Assembly (NCBI GenBank): GCA_051362555.1
Contig: CM120641.1
Location: 19,716,001-19,780,000, forward strand
Length of the DNA stretch: 64,000 bases
Direction: 5' to 3'
Source of the DNA: Lingula anatina
Taxonomy: Eukaryota > Animalia > Brachiopoda
Positions within the stretch are counted from its first letter, which is position 1, and the number at the start of each line of letters is the position of its first letter. The position numbers were made by a program, and so were the translations under genes. The notes under the pieces were generated by a model that saw only the letters and a list, made by a program, of their open reading frames with translations, had not been told where the DNA came from and did not search any database. Positions 1-13,700 of this stretch are shown one piece after another.

Positions 1-86
1 TTGGTCATGGTATACTAGAAATAATTAATTCGTTGACATTCAGGTGCACAATTGACAAAGTGTGGTACTGTTTTAAGTTATTACAG

Positions 87-135
87 ATAAGAAGCACTCA
101 GAATGCCTGGAACTCCTGCAAGACCTGCAAAACAG
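87..135 (+). other. Upstream exon with ATG at 103 (MPGTPARPAKQ): alternative start or uORF exon of the LBR locus
   Basis: Acceptor ttacag ends at 86 and donor CAG|gtattc starts at 136. ATG103-135 is 11 codons ending in phase 0. Confidence 0.5.
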
Positions 136-352
136 GTATTCACACCGTGTATATTATGTAGGGCTTTGTTAACTTCTGCTTATCTTTTTCATGGAAAAGG
201 TGTAATAACACAATTTAACTTGATTTGCATGCTTCATAAATTCTTGCTTATTTTATTTCACTTGTAGGCCTAATTTTTTGGGATACTAAATCTAGTGGTG
301 TTAGCTACCTGCAATACAAGAACACACTTAAATTGGGGAAAAAACACAAAAC

Positions 353-3300
353 ATGCCCAGTCCACAAAAGAGTAGGTCACATGATGTGGGAGATGAAGTT
401 TATGCAAAATGGCCAGGCAGTAATCTTTGGTTTCGGGCCAAGGTTCTGAACAATAAAGATGGGCGCTACACTGTAAGATATATGGAAGGAACTGAAGAAA
501 CTATCAGCCAAAAACACATCAGTGTAAGTAATTAAAGTGTGAGTTTGCAGAGTAGCTTCCACTCCTTACTGTTTGTTTTAGTTTTAATTTGAAGTCTTGT
601 GTTGTCCCTAAAACATTACATTGAAGAGTGGTTGATCCTTCTCAGTGTCACATATTGTCAATACATAAAGTGTCATTTATATTATTTCATTCATGGTTTA
701 ATAAATCTGGGTGTTCAAACTTCCTTGAATTTGTATTACTAGCTACCTGTAGGCAATATGTGACACTTGTATAGGCCTTTTCTGTATGCCAAAATAAAAT
801 GTACAGAAAATGCCAGACTTGTCTGCAATGTAAACCTGCCTTTCAATCTTTCTACTAACAGTTTGCACTATTTACTCCCACTGTCAGGTGTTTTTAAGGT
901 AATTTTCCTTCAAATTGACACTTTGCGTGACATTGGCAATCTTTCCTTACTTTGTGTGTGTGTGTGTGCGTTCAATAGCAGGAGAACCAGAAGAAGTCTA
1001 ATTGATAGCTTTATCTCTTTAAAGAGAAATTACAAATTTGTGTGATAGTTTTAGTTGTATGGATTCTTTCAAATACTTTTTTTCACTAAGCATTTAATCA
1101 TTATAAGGCTAAAAACTGTAAGATTTATAAAGTAGGAAACTTGGGAGAAAAGTGAAGTCTACCCTACCAAAGGTTAAACAGCTATCCTCTAATTTATAAA
1201 AGAATAGATGTGAACTGAAGGTTACTGGCTGAACTACTACTACAGTTTTTGCCCCCCAGCATGTAATATCTCTGACATGGTTTCCTTTGTGTGAAATCAA
1301 TGCCTTTAGTAAAATTATCAACTAAGAACTTTGAGTAAAAAAAAGCAACCTGATATATGCAAAAACTGACCATGTTTTTTTCTCTGTCTCTCTCTAAATT
1401 TAGGCCATGTCAAACTTCACCAGAAGTTCTAGGTCACGGTCCAGATCTAGAAGTCGAGGCAGATCTCCGGGGCGCAAGTCCAAGGCAAGTCCTTCTCGCA
1501 AAGCCAAGCAAAGTCCATCCCCAGCCAGGAAACCTCGCAGTTCTTCAAAATCTCGCAGTTCTTCCAAGACTCGTGCTGCAGCCACACCTTCTACTCCTAC
1601 AAGGCAATCTGCAAGGCTTGCAGAAAAGCAGGTATTAAATTCTGTGGTTGATGCTATTGATAGATTATTTATGCTAGAATTTTGTATTTTTAATTGATGT
1701 TCACAAGTAACTGAACTCATGCTAGCTGATTTGTTTGCTTTATGCCAACGTTTACAGTTATTTAGTCAAACTGATGACAAGCTGTTGAAAAAAAGGGTCA
1801 TTATCAATGTTTAAAAAAAATGGTTAAATGCTACCATGAGTCCAGAAGGTAAATAATCAGTGTATATTACTGTGTGTTTGTGTTATGAAAATGGTCTAAT
1901 GCCATGTTTTGCTGTGGAACTGTCGGAGGAGGATGCATTTTGTTTCCGTTAAATGGCAAGGTCGGTTTTTTATGCTGCGTCTGAGTGTATAGGACTTGCT
2001 GCTGCACTGCTGAGTTATTTAAACTCACTGCCTGAACGCTTGACAAGGTAGATTTTTCCAATTTTTTTTTTCTTCCTAATTTTTCATACTGTAGATTAAC
2101 TAACACAGTTTTAAAGTTTGATATTAACCATTCATTTCTTTTGGATAAGAATTCATTATTTAAAGGCTTGTCAAGAGTATATGCTAATGCCTTTTTAACT
2201 TTTTTATAGTATGAACCTGAAAAGAAAGTTGAGGTTGCACGAAGATCTAGCCCTCCCAGGTCAAAATCAAGAGGAGAAGATGACCAGTCTCTCGCAGGTC
2301 CAGTTTTTTCACTGCTTGGAATACTGCTTTCACCAGTTATGCTTTACACTCTCAATCTCCTGTGTGCCAAGGTAAGATAAATATGATCTATTTTCGTTTA
2401 ACACACTAGATTTTTAAAAGTGCTCTTGATGTTGTGTAGTTTTTAATTTTATGTGCTCACTTATTCTACAACAGACCAGTATTAATCTTTGCTTCACCCC
2501 ATCTATAAGGATTCTTGCAAGTTGAGGATGCCAACGTTCCCCAAGAAGTTGTCGGACTATTTTGACTCCAAGGCAACTATGATTGTGCTGGCATGGTTCT
2601 TGTTCCAAGTTGTCTTGGCGGCCCTCCCAGTTGGCAGGGTCATATCCGGACTCCCAGTTAGAGGATCGCAAAAACTCAAGTACAGATGCAATGGTGGGTT
2701 TTCATACGATTGCTGATTTGTTTTAAGATGGCTGTTTAATGTTTTTTCGTGATTATCATGTTGTTTTAAAGATCCCCAATAATTTAAAATGTGAAGAAAA
2801 ACTCTGAAAAATTCACGATTTTGACCAGTATATAGGTCATACAAGTTACTGTTAATTAATTATTCATTTTATTAATTTTTATCAAATTTATATGAAGGGG
2901 CATGAAGAAAATGCATTGACTTCTGGGCATCCATATTTGTGTTTTGGGCCAGTAAGTAATGCAAAGTAAAAATATTAAATAAAACCTTTCACTAACAGGA
3001 AGTTGCATTTCCAGGTTCCATAGCGCTGGTATTGAGTCTTGTAGCCATGGCTGTTGGCCATGCTTACTTCAAGGTGAACTTGGCTGTTGTTCACACTCTG
3101 TGGCTCCAGTTGATTTCTGCTGCCACAGTGTTGTCCCTTGTTCTCAGTGTGGCCCTGTACATCCAGGCCAGGAAGGCAAAACCAAGTGCTGTGGCGCCTG
3201 AAGCCACTGGTTAGTATGTCATGGCAGTTGGATTAATTATATTTAATCATTCTTAACAAGGTTTGGGTTCTGACAATTTGGGAACTGTTTGTTACCAAGA

Positions 3301-5918
3301 CCTATCTATGATTTAAGTCTAATTTTATGTTAATATTGGATAAAAGTTGTGAAGTTTTTTGAAAGCAGGGTACTACTTGTACGTCATTGTTTGATAAAAC
3401 AATGGTGTAATGCAAGACAGTAATAATTGACATACAGGACACCTGAACAATTGACTTGGCACATGAATATTTTTCATCAAAGCAAGATTTCTGTTTATTA
3501 TTGAATACATTTTTTTAATTTATTTCAGGTAATATTTTGGTTGACTTCTGGGTGGGGCGCGAGTTGAACCCTCGTATAAGGACATTTGACTGGAAACTCT
3601 TTATGATACGTTTTGCATACCTCAGCTTGTTGGCTGTTGATGTGATCTTTTTGGTTGAGGCATACACTGGCAAATCAGGGATGTCAAACTACCCATTCCT
3701 TCTGGTAGCTGGTGTGCAGGTTTTGCACTGTGCTGTCCAAGTACTGAATGAGGTATATCAACTGAGTAATTGAAATTGTCATTCCAATGAGTTGTAGATT
3801 ATTTTAAAACTAGAAAAGCACTCTGAGAGCGCAGACCTCCACCAAGGCAGCAATTTTTTATTATTATTGATCCGGATCACCACCAAAAACGAATCACTTC
3901 TAAGTTACCCATTTACCACTACCCTGAAAATTTCATCAAAATCGGTTCATAACTTTTTGAGCTATGTTGATGACAAACAAACAGACAGGGGTGAAAACAT
4001 AACCTCCTTGGCGGTGGTAATTAGGGTTTTACAATATCAGTACTAAGTATCTCACATGTTACTGACCATGTTTAAAATATACCAGGTGCACACCTCATTG
4101 TGTTGGTACAGGTTCAGGGTATTCCATAAATCAGACATTAAACCTTTTAAGATAATCTTGTAAGGCATTGGCATTCAGATATAAAATTATATAACAAAAT
4201 GCCCAGCTTTTGCTTTTAGTCAGTATTGTTAGATGTAAATAAAAAAGTAAAATAACTTTTCCGAGGACTGCCAAAGAGCATATCAACCTCATTTCAAGGT
4301 CAGTAATTGCATAACAGTGAAATAAGTGAACAAAAATTAAAATCTCTTGTTTTTAGGATATGTTTCTGACTATGCCTGACATAACCAAGATGGGGCTTGG
4401 ATTCATGTTCATCTATGGATTCATGTTGGCAGGACCATTTGGTTCTTCCATCCAGGCACGATATCTATTAGAGCACCCTCAAACTCCACCATTGTGGGCA
4501 CTTGCTAGTGTGGCTCTGCTAAACTGTAAGTAGCATTTACTTATGTATTATTATTTATTATTGTTATTTATTTATTTTATTTTAATCATTATTTTTTAAC
4601 ATAAAGCCATGACCTTTGTATTGTTGCCTTTTTTACTGTTAATGCAATAAATGGTAAACCTTATTTTCAAAATAACTGGTGGTCAGGAGTATTTAAAAGC
4701 TGTAAAATACAAGTCCAGTCTGATTAGCAGTGTTCTTGGAACTTTTTTTAATCACACATTGGCAGTTTAAGGTGTGACTTTGAACTCCCATGGGCCTGAA
4801 GCCCTGTGCCAGTTACATTTTTCTGAATGTCCACATTAACAGTATCACATAATTAGTAAATGCGGATGGTAATGTTGTTAAGCAAATTTATTTTTTTTAA
4901 AGTCGGATTTGCTTTTTTATGATTTATATATGTACACCTTTTTTATCAGTTCATTACATTTTGGTATTGGTTTCTTTTTTCCAGTGTTTGGTTTCATCCT
5001 TTATCAGTCAACAGTTTCACAGAATGCCAGATTCACAAGGAACCCCTATGACCCAACATTATCACGTAAGTATGCCCTGAACAAAGCATAAGTTTTCTAA
5101 CTTGTGTTAGGAGTCAATCACTTTAGTGTTTTTAGCTAATTTTCTCATTCTCATACCAATGCAAAATACTTTGAATTCTTTTGTGCGTTTCCATTGCCTA
5201 GATATTGCTTTTCCTCTGAATATGGGCTATTCACTGATTTTAGCAAAGGTTACACAGCAAAGCTCACTTTTTCTTTATTAATTGTAAGGGAAAAACATTT
5301 TAGAAGAATAGCTGCACTGTCTTTAACTCCATTTTCTTTCTTATGCCATTTTTTTAACAACTCATTTCCAGACTTGGAGAGCATGCCGACCAGTGTCCCA
5401 GGGGAGCGGCTGCTTGTGTCAGGAATGTGGGGAATGTGCCGCCATCCTCTATACTTTGCAGAACTTGTTTTGATATATGCATGGTCACTGGCTTGTGGTA
5501 AGTTGCATAAAAATTAAACAGTCCATTATCCAGTTAAGGTATTTTGAAGATATTTTTGCCTGGTTTACCAATATGCAGTTAAAATGGATATAAATCATTG
5601 ATGAGCTAATGTCTTTGTTAGTGGTGCTCTCTAATCAAACCTCCACTTCCATTTCTAACTGTTAAGTATAGTCCAGTATTGAAAGATGTTGCACTCATTA
5701 TAGCACCTTATATTCCCAGCAATACTCATAAAAAAAATTGAATTAAATTCCATTCAGGTTTCTCCACTCCACTGGTCTACGTCTTCCCAGTTTTGATGAC
5801 ACTGCTGTGTATGGACAGTGTGTGCAAGGAAGAGGCCGAGGCCAGTAAGAAATATGGCTCTACATGGGACCGCTGTTGCCAGCGTGTGAAGTACAAGTTA
5901 ATTCCATTTGTTTATTAA
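353..5918 (+). CDS. LBR: Lamin B receptor-like protein, module A: Tudor + RS region + degenerate ERG4/ERG24 sterol-reductase TM domain (~566 aa)
   Basis: Exons 353-523, 1404-1631, 2210-2371, 2510-2693, 3015-3209, 3529-3752, 4357-4525, 4985-5065, 5372-5497, 5758-5918. All introns are GT-AG and the frame is continuous (1701 nt). LBR Tudor motif GDEVYAKWPGSNLWFRAKV, RSRSRSRSRGRSP region, [21 protein letters not shown] and C-terminal KKYGSTWDRCCQRVKYKLIPFVY. Confidence 0.92.
3808..4020 (+). mobile_element. Short non-autonomous Helentron-associated (HINE/DINE-like) element in an intron
   Basis: Starts actagaaaagcactctgagagcgcagacctccaccaagg. Has a (GACA/AACA) microsatellite at ~3972-3987 and a 3' hairpin aacctccttggcggtggtaa complementary to the 5' subterminal acctccaccaagg. 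Confidence 0.7.
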
Positions 5919-6929
5919 CTGCTTCAAACAGACAGCAGAGAAGATTGGATCTGAATATGTACAATGTTATTCCAACCTTGTTAGATTGTAAATTATTTTC
6001 GAGACATTTGTTGCTTGAATTTATATGTTGTATGAAATTATGACAAAGAAACTGCCCTCGCCACAATGAATGACTATTTCTTTAAGACTTACATAATTTT
6101 AAATGTTGATTACCGAGAAAGTTTGTTCATCATTTCTTGAATGTCTTTTTTGTGCAAAAGACAATGATGAACTGTGAAAAGAATTTACTTGGGATTCAAC
6201 AGTTTTAATATATTTCAGAAATAATAGACAACATTTCATAGCTAGAAAGTCAGTATTACTTTTTAACATATTTATTATTTATCTTTTAATGATAGAATTT
6301 AATATTTTATAAAGAGCTTTTTTGTTTGTTTGGCATATAATAAATGCAATTCTAACATGAAATTTGGAAACGACTTACTATTTACTATCAGCATTCTTTA
6401 TTAATGTAAAACTTGTGTTAGATATGTGAATATTGATGTACATTTTAGGAGTTTGTTGTGTAGAACACCATGTAATGTAAGTTGATATCAGCCTGTTATA
6501 TTTTCAATTTTACACAGATGGAAACTTTAAAATTGTTACTGTAAAAAAACAGAAGGAAAGGTGGTTGAAATCATACAATTGTTATGACCATATGGATTTT
6601 TTAACTGCACACTACTTCTAGTGCACAAATGTGTATTTGCTTGTTTGAAGTGCCCAGTAAATCAACATATTGCTTTATTACCGACTTGCTTTTTACACAG
6701 TTTACAGAGAAATTGTATTTCTTGGTGAACTCAGGGGTTTTATAAAATCAATTAAGAAATGTAAATAAGTGTGTTCTTTTGCCAGAAATAGCTGTACAGT
6801 TTGTATTTTTGCGTAAATAAAATTTTTCACTTTTTCCATGTTGTATTTTGTGTCACATAACCTAACACTGAAGACGGCAATTTTCTAGAAATGAAATATA
6901 TGGTTAAAGATGACCAAAAGCCGTTTTAG

Positions 6930-7790
6930 TTAATGAATTTTATTTGCCTTGTCGCCCCGCCCCCCTTTATGCGTACAAGGAGGTTGAGCTCCCCGGATGG
7001 GGATTCGTGTAGTTCGATAATAATTGGTATTTGTCTCTAACGCACAGTAAACTTTAAATAAAACGTGAACTGGCTGTTACTGTGTGTGAAAGACCATTAT
7101 CAACGAGCCTTGAGAGTTCAACCCCCCCTGAACTGGAACCTAATGGAATGTTGAAATTTCCTGGTGTACGTTTTGCTTTAAAAAATAGGCAGTTTAGGGT
7201 GTTTTTCACTAATATTCAGTATGTGACTGTGAAAGTGCGCTTTCGTGGTAGTGAGACAGGTGGTATATAACGTGTCGATTTGGACAGAAACGAAGTTTCT
7301 AAAATGGCCAGTCAAAAGTAATAAGACCTCTGACGCAATTCAAAAGCACGCAAGTTGCAGAAATGAGTTTGTTAGAAGTTTGCCACAGTTTCAGATCTTG
7401 TTTCCAATTACCATCATTAAGACTCGACAATTATCTTTATTTGCACTTTTTATCATTTCTGACAGCATAGGCCCGTTTCAATTTTCAAAAATTAGCATGT
7501 TCAACGATTACGCGTATAAGCTGTGCATGTGATGAAAACGAGGTTTACGTTTGGAGTATTAACCCAAATGAAACCAGATGTAAACCGAAGAACAAGTGGT
7601 AGTCAGTAACGTTTGTTCACAGAAAATTATAACGATGCATCTACGTGTGTATGCATTTGACAGACGTCTAGACGATACGTCGTACGATTGTTACCAGGTA
7701 AACATGCGGCAGGTCAAAGTTCATCCAACCTCGAACGATATCTTGGCTCGGTCATTGTATGATCATACCATCACATAGTGTCTATCTTAC
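6930..7790 (+). promoter_or_regulatory. Candidate promoter / 5' region of module B (CpG-retaining segment)
   Basis: CpG density rises visibly relative to the flanking gene bodies. GC box gccccgccccc at ~6954. Possible first coding exon 7635-7697 (MHLRVY...CYQ|gtaaac, phase 0). Confidence 0.4.
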
Positions 7791-7792
7791 AG

Positions 7793-10700
7793 ACAAACGG
7801 ACCTGAAGAAGTGGAGAAGAAACCTGAAATGGAAAGAAAACCCAGCCCCGCCAGACCCGCTGTTGCTACACCAGTTGCCGACAAGCCAGTCGCCGACAAA
7901 CCTGTTGCGGACTCGGAGTTTGGTGGACCTGTTGGAGCTTTCTTCTGTATTGTGCTTCTACCGGCAACTGTTTATGTCATCAATATTATGTGCACAGAGG
8001 TAATGTGAGCTGTTAACGTGTAATAATTTCATATATGTAATTGTTACTAGTGATAACAGAAAGCAGACGAAGTTCAGTGTCACAAATAATGATAAATAAG
8101 TAAAGATATATATGGACGTACACGGTAAGTGACTCCCCTTTTTTAACATATTAAAAAGTTCTCTGGCGTTATGTTGATAGATATTGGAATACAACGCTGT
8201 GGACTGTTAAGTTAGTCATCTTGATAATTATATATAAAATGTATATTAATTTGTTTCTGCATGCATGCAGTGGGAGGGGTCTTGCATTGTATGTCTCAAC
8301 ATTTACAGAAGATTTTACAAAACGAAAATATCAACCAGTTTTGCTTTTTGAAAAACTAAGAAAAACAATCTTTATTTCTGTAGAAATCCTGTACATTGGC
8401 AATACCATCAATCCCAAAGAAGTTGAGCAGTTACTTTGACTCCAAAGCAGTTATGATTGGACTTGGCTGGTTTGTGTTCCAAGTGGTTCTGGCTGTTCTT
8501 CCTGTTGGCAAAGTTGTATCTGGTCAACCTGTCAAAGGCCTACAGAGGCTTCAGTATAGATGCAATGGTAAGCTTTCTTTACAAGTTTATTTCTTCTTCA
8601 GTGTATAAAGGAAGCTAGCAACCATTTTATTAATTGTCATTCAAGTCTTCAAATATATTTGTTGCCTTGTCAAGGTTTGTAATATTTTAATAAAGTGCTT
8701 ATTTGACTTGCCCACTTACAATTATTAAGTCAGTATATAAGTCAAACAAGTATTTTTTTTTTCAAGTTTTGGATTTCAATCACTGCAAAGCAAAATCAAT
8801 TCATTTCACTTGCTGTTCACAAACCTTTCAATTGGGTGATTGCCATTGTTGTTTATAACCAACATTTTGACAAACAATCATGATACAAGTTTGAACTGCA
8901 AAGTACATTTAACCAACATTTTTACAATATTTATTTTTTTCCCCTAGGTTTCATAGCACTGATGGTCAGTTTGGTTGCCCTGGGAGTTGGTCAGGCTTAC
9001 TTCAAGGTGGACCTGTCCACTGTCCACACTCTGTGGCTTCAGCTTATCACCACTGCCATTGTATTCAGTGTAGTTCTAAGCTTGGTCTTATACATCAGGG
9101 CTAGGAGTGCCAAACCCAATGCCCTGGCATTCGCAGCAAGTGGTAGGTTTTAAAAATTTATAATTACAATATCAGATTTAATATTGTACTCCATTACAAT
9201 GGTGGATCAAGCAGGAAGGGGGTGGTGAACACAACATCCATGTGCCCCTTCTCTCCCCCCCCCCTCCCTTGAGGTATCCCCCTCTCCACCCCACAAAGAC
9301 AACACAACAAACGGAATTATTAAAAATGAAGCAGTTTTTCCATCCCTGTGCCCTGCATAGATTAGTGAAATATTTTTATAGATGCCTATTGGCCCTGCTT
9401 TCTATAGCAAAATTCTATCCTTGTACCCCCCCCCCCCTTCTCTAGCAAAGTCCTGGATCCACCAGTGCATTATTATTTACAGATGTCTTTTTAAAACTTC
9501 CAATTAAATACTGACCAAAATATTTTAAAGTTCAAATGAATATCGAGTCAAAATATTAAGATAAAATAATGCAAAGATAGGGATAACAAGCACAATGTAA
9601 GGATGCCATTTTATACTGCATACATGCCATTGTATTCAGACGAAGAAAGAACGATAGGTAGCGTGAATTAAAAACAAGGCAGCAAAGCTGTCAAATGTAC
9701 AGACAAAAAACAGAAAAAAAAGATGCAAAAGAGGTCATTTTGTCAATTTTGATGCAACAATAAATAATGCTTATAATAGCAGTCAGTCAACACTGATTTT
9801 TCATTATGCACAACAGGTAACATGGTCAATAACAGGAGCACATCCAGAAATATTTTTGACAGTATTCTAAAGTATCTTTATTGATCCATCTTCCATTTTG
9901 ATGGTCTTCCAAAAGAAAAAAATAGATACACATCAATATAAAAAATCTAACTGTCTTCCAGGAGACCCAGAAGATGGTCTCAATCCACCCCTTCAATAAG
10001 ATTATAGTTTCATGACCATGAGAGTTAAAATTCACATGATGAAAGTCCCAATATAAGAAAAATGATGACAGTGCATAAAATAATATTACTAGTGTTTAAA
10101 GACATGAATACCAATACAACTGCTTACGTGGAAATACAGAAATTGTGCAGAGCCTCAGGTGGATGGGAAAGTCACATCTTAAAAATGCCAGTGTTGGAGA
10201 AGAAATTAAAAAGAAAACAACAAAAATATAATCTAATGAAGCTGCTATTCAGTGCTTCCTTATTATGGACACTGTTATCTAGCAGAGAGCTTAACCTTTG
10301 GGAGTTTACAGGGAAATATCAACAAGTGTGATTTATGAAATCTCATTTAATGGCCACTTAATCAGGCAAATGAGTTTATAGCACTAAACTTAGCCTAGTG
10401 AATACCCAAGGGGGATTTACAGACTGACCACACAAATTTGTCCCATAAGACACAGCTTAAGAAAAGCACAAAACAATAATGCACAAAAATAGGAGACTGC
10501 CAATTCTGATGCAATAGTACATTATGTTTAACTGCACAGTCAATATCAAATCTTAATTATGCAGAACAGGTAACAACGACGAAAGTAAAAGCATAAGGCT
10601 TCAGGTCCATCAAAGTTCAAATTTACATTTAGAAAGAGCCAGAATGAGAAAAATGAAAATTTCACACAAAATTGCATAAATTCAATAATAAATGATAACC

Positions 10701-13700
10701 CAATTGAGCTGGCTTTCTAATTTGAACTGCATGCCAATCCTAAAAATCATACTCTTAAGTTAAACATAATAATAAGTAACACAGTTTTCTTTCCATAATG
10801 TTTGCAGAAGCAGTACAAAAATATTTTTGTCAATTTTGATGTAACATTACAAAATAATTTATAGAATAATGATCACCAATTTTTTATTATTGACTATGAA
10901 TAGCAAGGACATGTAGAAAATTTGATTACCATTCGGCTTCATGTCCATGGGAGTTCTGAGTCCCACAATGAATATGCCAAAAAGATAATAATGAATATTT
11001 CACTAAAATGTATAAATTCCAGAAAAAGAAGCCAATTAGACTGCTTTTCCAACTTTTTTTGAAAGATTGAGTCGTAAGTAACATGATTTTCCCATAATGG
11101 TCATCATGGCAGCAACACCAAAAATTATGTTTTCTTCTATTTTGATGCAACATTACATAATGTTTAACAGCATAATGACCATCAATTTTTAATAATAAAA
11201 TATTAGTATCATGGATATTCAGAAAATGCGACTAGCAAAGGTCTTCAAGCCCGTGGAGGTTCTAAGTCACACCTTGAAAATGCCAATAAATGAATAATTA
11301 AATTTTCACAAAAAACTGTTTAATTGCCAGAAAAATTTACCAAACAGACTGCATTGCCTACTGAAGCTATATTTTAGTCCCATGTTTCTTTCCTGTAAGT
11401 TTGAGAACAGTGAGTGATATGATTTTCCTTAAATGATCATCATGGGAACAGTGCCCAAAATAGGGGTTTCTTCAAATTTTGATGCAATATTACATAATGT
11501 TTAACAGCATAATGACCATCAATTTTTAATAATAAAATATTAGTATCATGGATATTCAGAAAATGTGACCAGCAAAGGTCTTCCGGACCATGGAACTTCA
11601 AAGTCACATCTTGAAAATGCCAAAATGTAAACAAGACAGCACTTTTCTGAAATGGGTTTATTTCCATTTTTAACACTTTTTTTAACATAAAACAAAATTA
11701 ACAATTAACTGCCATTTTTATATGACCAACTAATAAAATTGATGAGATGGGGAAAATATCAATAGAACAGTGTTAAATGTCCAATTTCCTCCATCTAAGA
11801 TTCTGAACATAGTGGATGATTGAATATGACAAATTGCAATGATATGTGTTTATTTCCAGTTTTGACACTTCATTACACAATACATGATAACAAATTTACC
11901 ATCATTTTTACATAATCAACTGACAATGTTGTAAAGATGCAGGAAATGTCAAACAAACACTTTTATGTATCTTATTAGTTCAATAATGAGACTATTAACA
12001 TGCCTAAGAATTGAATCTGAGGAAATGTGAAAAAAAAGCATAACTTCTAAAATAATGGACCGATTATGCTGATTTTCATACTCAACCTATGTTTTAGTAA
12101 GATTGACCACTCTTGTGAGTAAAATGACAATTTGCCTATCTGTTTTTCTTATATTGTATTATCAGTGTTGTATATATGCTAAAAAAATGAAAAAACAGCA
12201 TAACTTCCATAAAAGTGGCTCTATCATGCTGTTTTTCAAACTTGACCTGCGTATTATGAATATTCATCAGTTCTGTAAGTTTCAAGCCAAAAGGTAAAAT
12301 GGTATTTCACATATCGTATTATCGGTGCTGCATATATGCTGAGAAAAGTGAAATAAAGATGCAAATAAGTGAAAAATTAAATTTTCACAAAAAACTGTTA
12401 AATTGCCAGAAAATTTTACCAAACAGACTGCGTTGCCTATTGAAGCTGTATGTTAGACCCATGTTTCTTTCCTGTAAGTTTGAGAACAGTAAGTGTCATG
12501 ATTTCCCTTAAATGGTCATCATAGGAGCAGTGCACAAAATAGGGGTTTCTTCAAATTTTGATGCAACATTACATAATGTTTAACAGCATAATGACAATCA
12601 AATGTTATTAATAAAATATTAGTAACATAGACATTCAGAAAATGTGACAAGCAAAAGTCTTCAGTATCATGGAACTTTAAAGTCACACCTTGAAAATGCC
12701 AATATGTGAAAAATTAAATTTTCACAAAAAACTGTTTAACTGCCAAAAAAAAAAAAAAAAAAAAAAAAATACCAAACAGACTGCATTGCCTACTGAAGCT
12801 GTATTTTAGTCCCATGTTTCTTTCCTGTAAGTTTGAGAACAGTAAGTGACATGATTTTCCTTAAATGGTCATCATGGAAGCAGTGCCCAAAATAGGGGTT
12901 TCTTCAAATTTTGATGCAATATTACATAATGTTTAACAGCTTAATGACCATCAATTTTTAATTATAAAATATTTGTATCACAGATATTCAGAAAATGTGA
13001 CTAGCAAAGGTCTTCAGGCCCATGGAACTTCAAAGTCACACCTTGAAAATGCCAAAATGCAAACAAGACAGCACTGTTCTGAAATGGGTTTATTTCCATT
13101 TTTAACACTTTTTTAACATAAAACAAAATAAACATTTTACTGCCATTTTTATATGACCAATTAAGAAAATTGATGAGATGGGAAAAGCATCAATAGAACA
13201 GTGTTAAATGTCCAATTTCCTCCATTCTGAGATTCTGAACATAGTGGATGATTGAATCTGACAAACTGCAATGATATGAGTTTATTTCCATTTTTGACAC
13301 TTTATTACACAATACATGATAACAAGTTTACCATGTTTTTTACATAATCAACTAACAATGTTGTAAAGATACAGGAAATATCAAACAAACACTTTTAGGC
13401 ATCTTATTAGTTAAATAATGAGACTGTTAACATGCCTTATAATTGAATCTGAGGAAATGTGAAAAAACAGTATAACTTCTAAAATAATGGCCCGATTATG
13501 CTGATTTTTGAACTCAACCTGCGTCTTAGTAAGATTGACCACTCCTGTGAGTATAATTACAATTGGCCAATCCGTTTTTCTTATATTGTGTTATCAGTGT
13601 TGCATTTATATTGAAAATAGTGAAAAAACAGCATAAATTCCCTAAAAGTGACCCAATCATGCTGATTTTCGAACTTGACTTGCGTATTATGAATATTCAT

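Noticed and set aside
1400-1720. 106-aa minus-strand ORF and the overlapping 1357-1638 ORF
   Set aside because: Shadow frames of the low-complexity RS exon.
353-5918. Calling module A a pseudogene
   Set aside because: No stop, frameshift or broken splice site over 10 exons despite heavy amino-acid divergence.
9826-12511. Many 60-90-aa ORFs in the large intron (and at 19474-20997)
   Set aside because: They fall inside the non-coding repeat element, have no recognisable motifs, and the frames are not conserved between copies.
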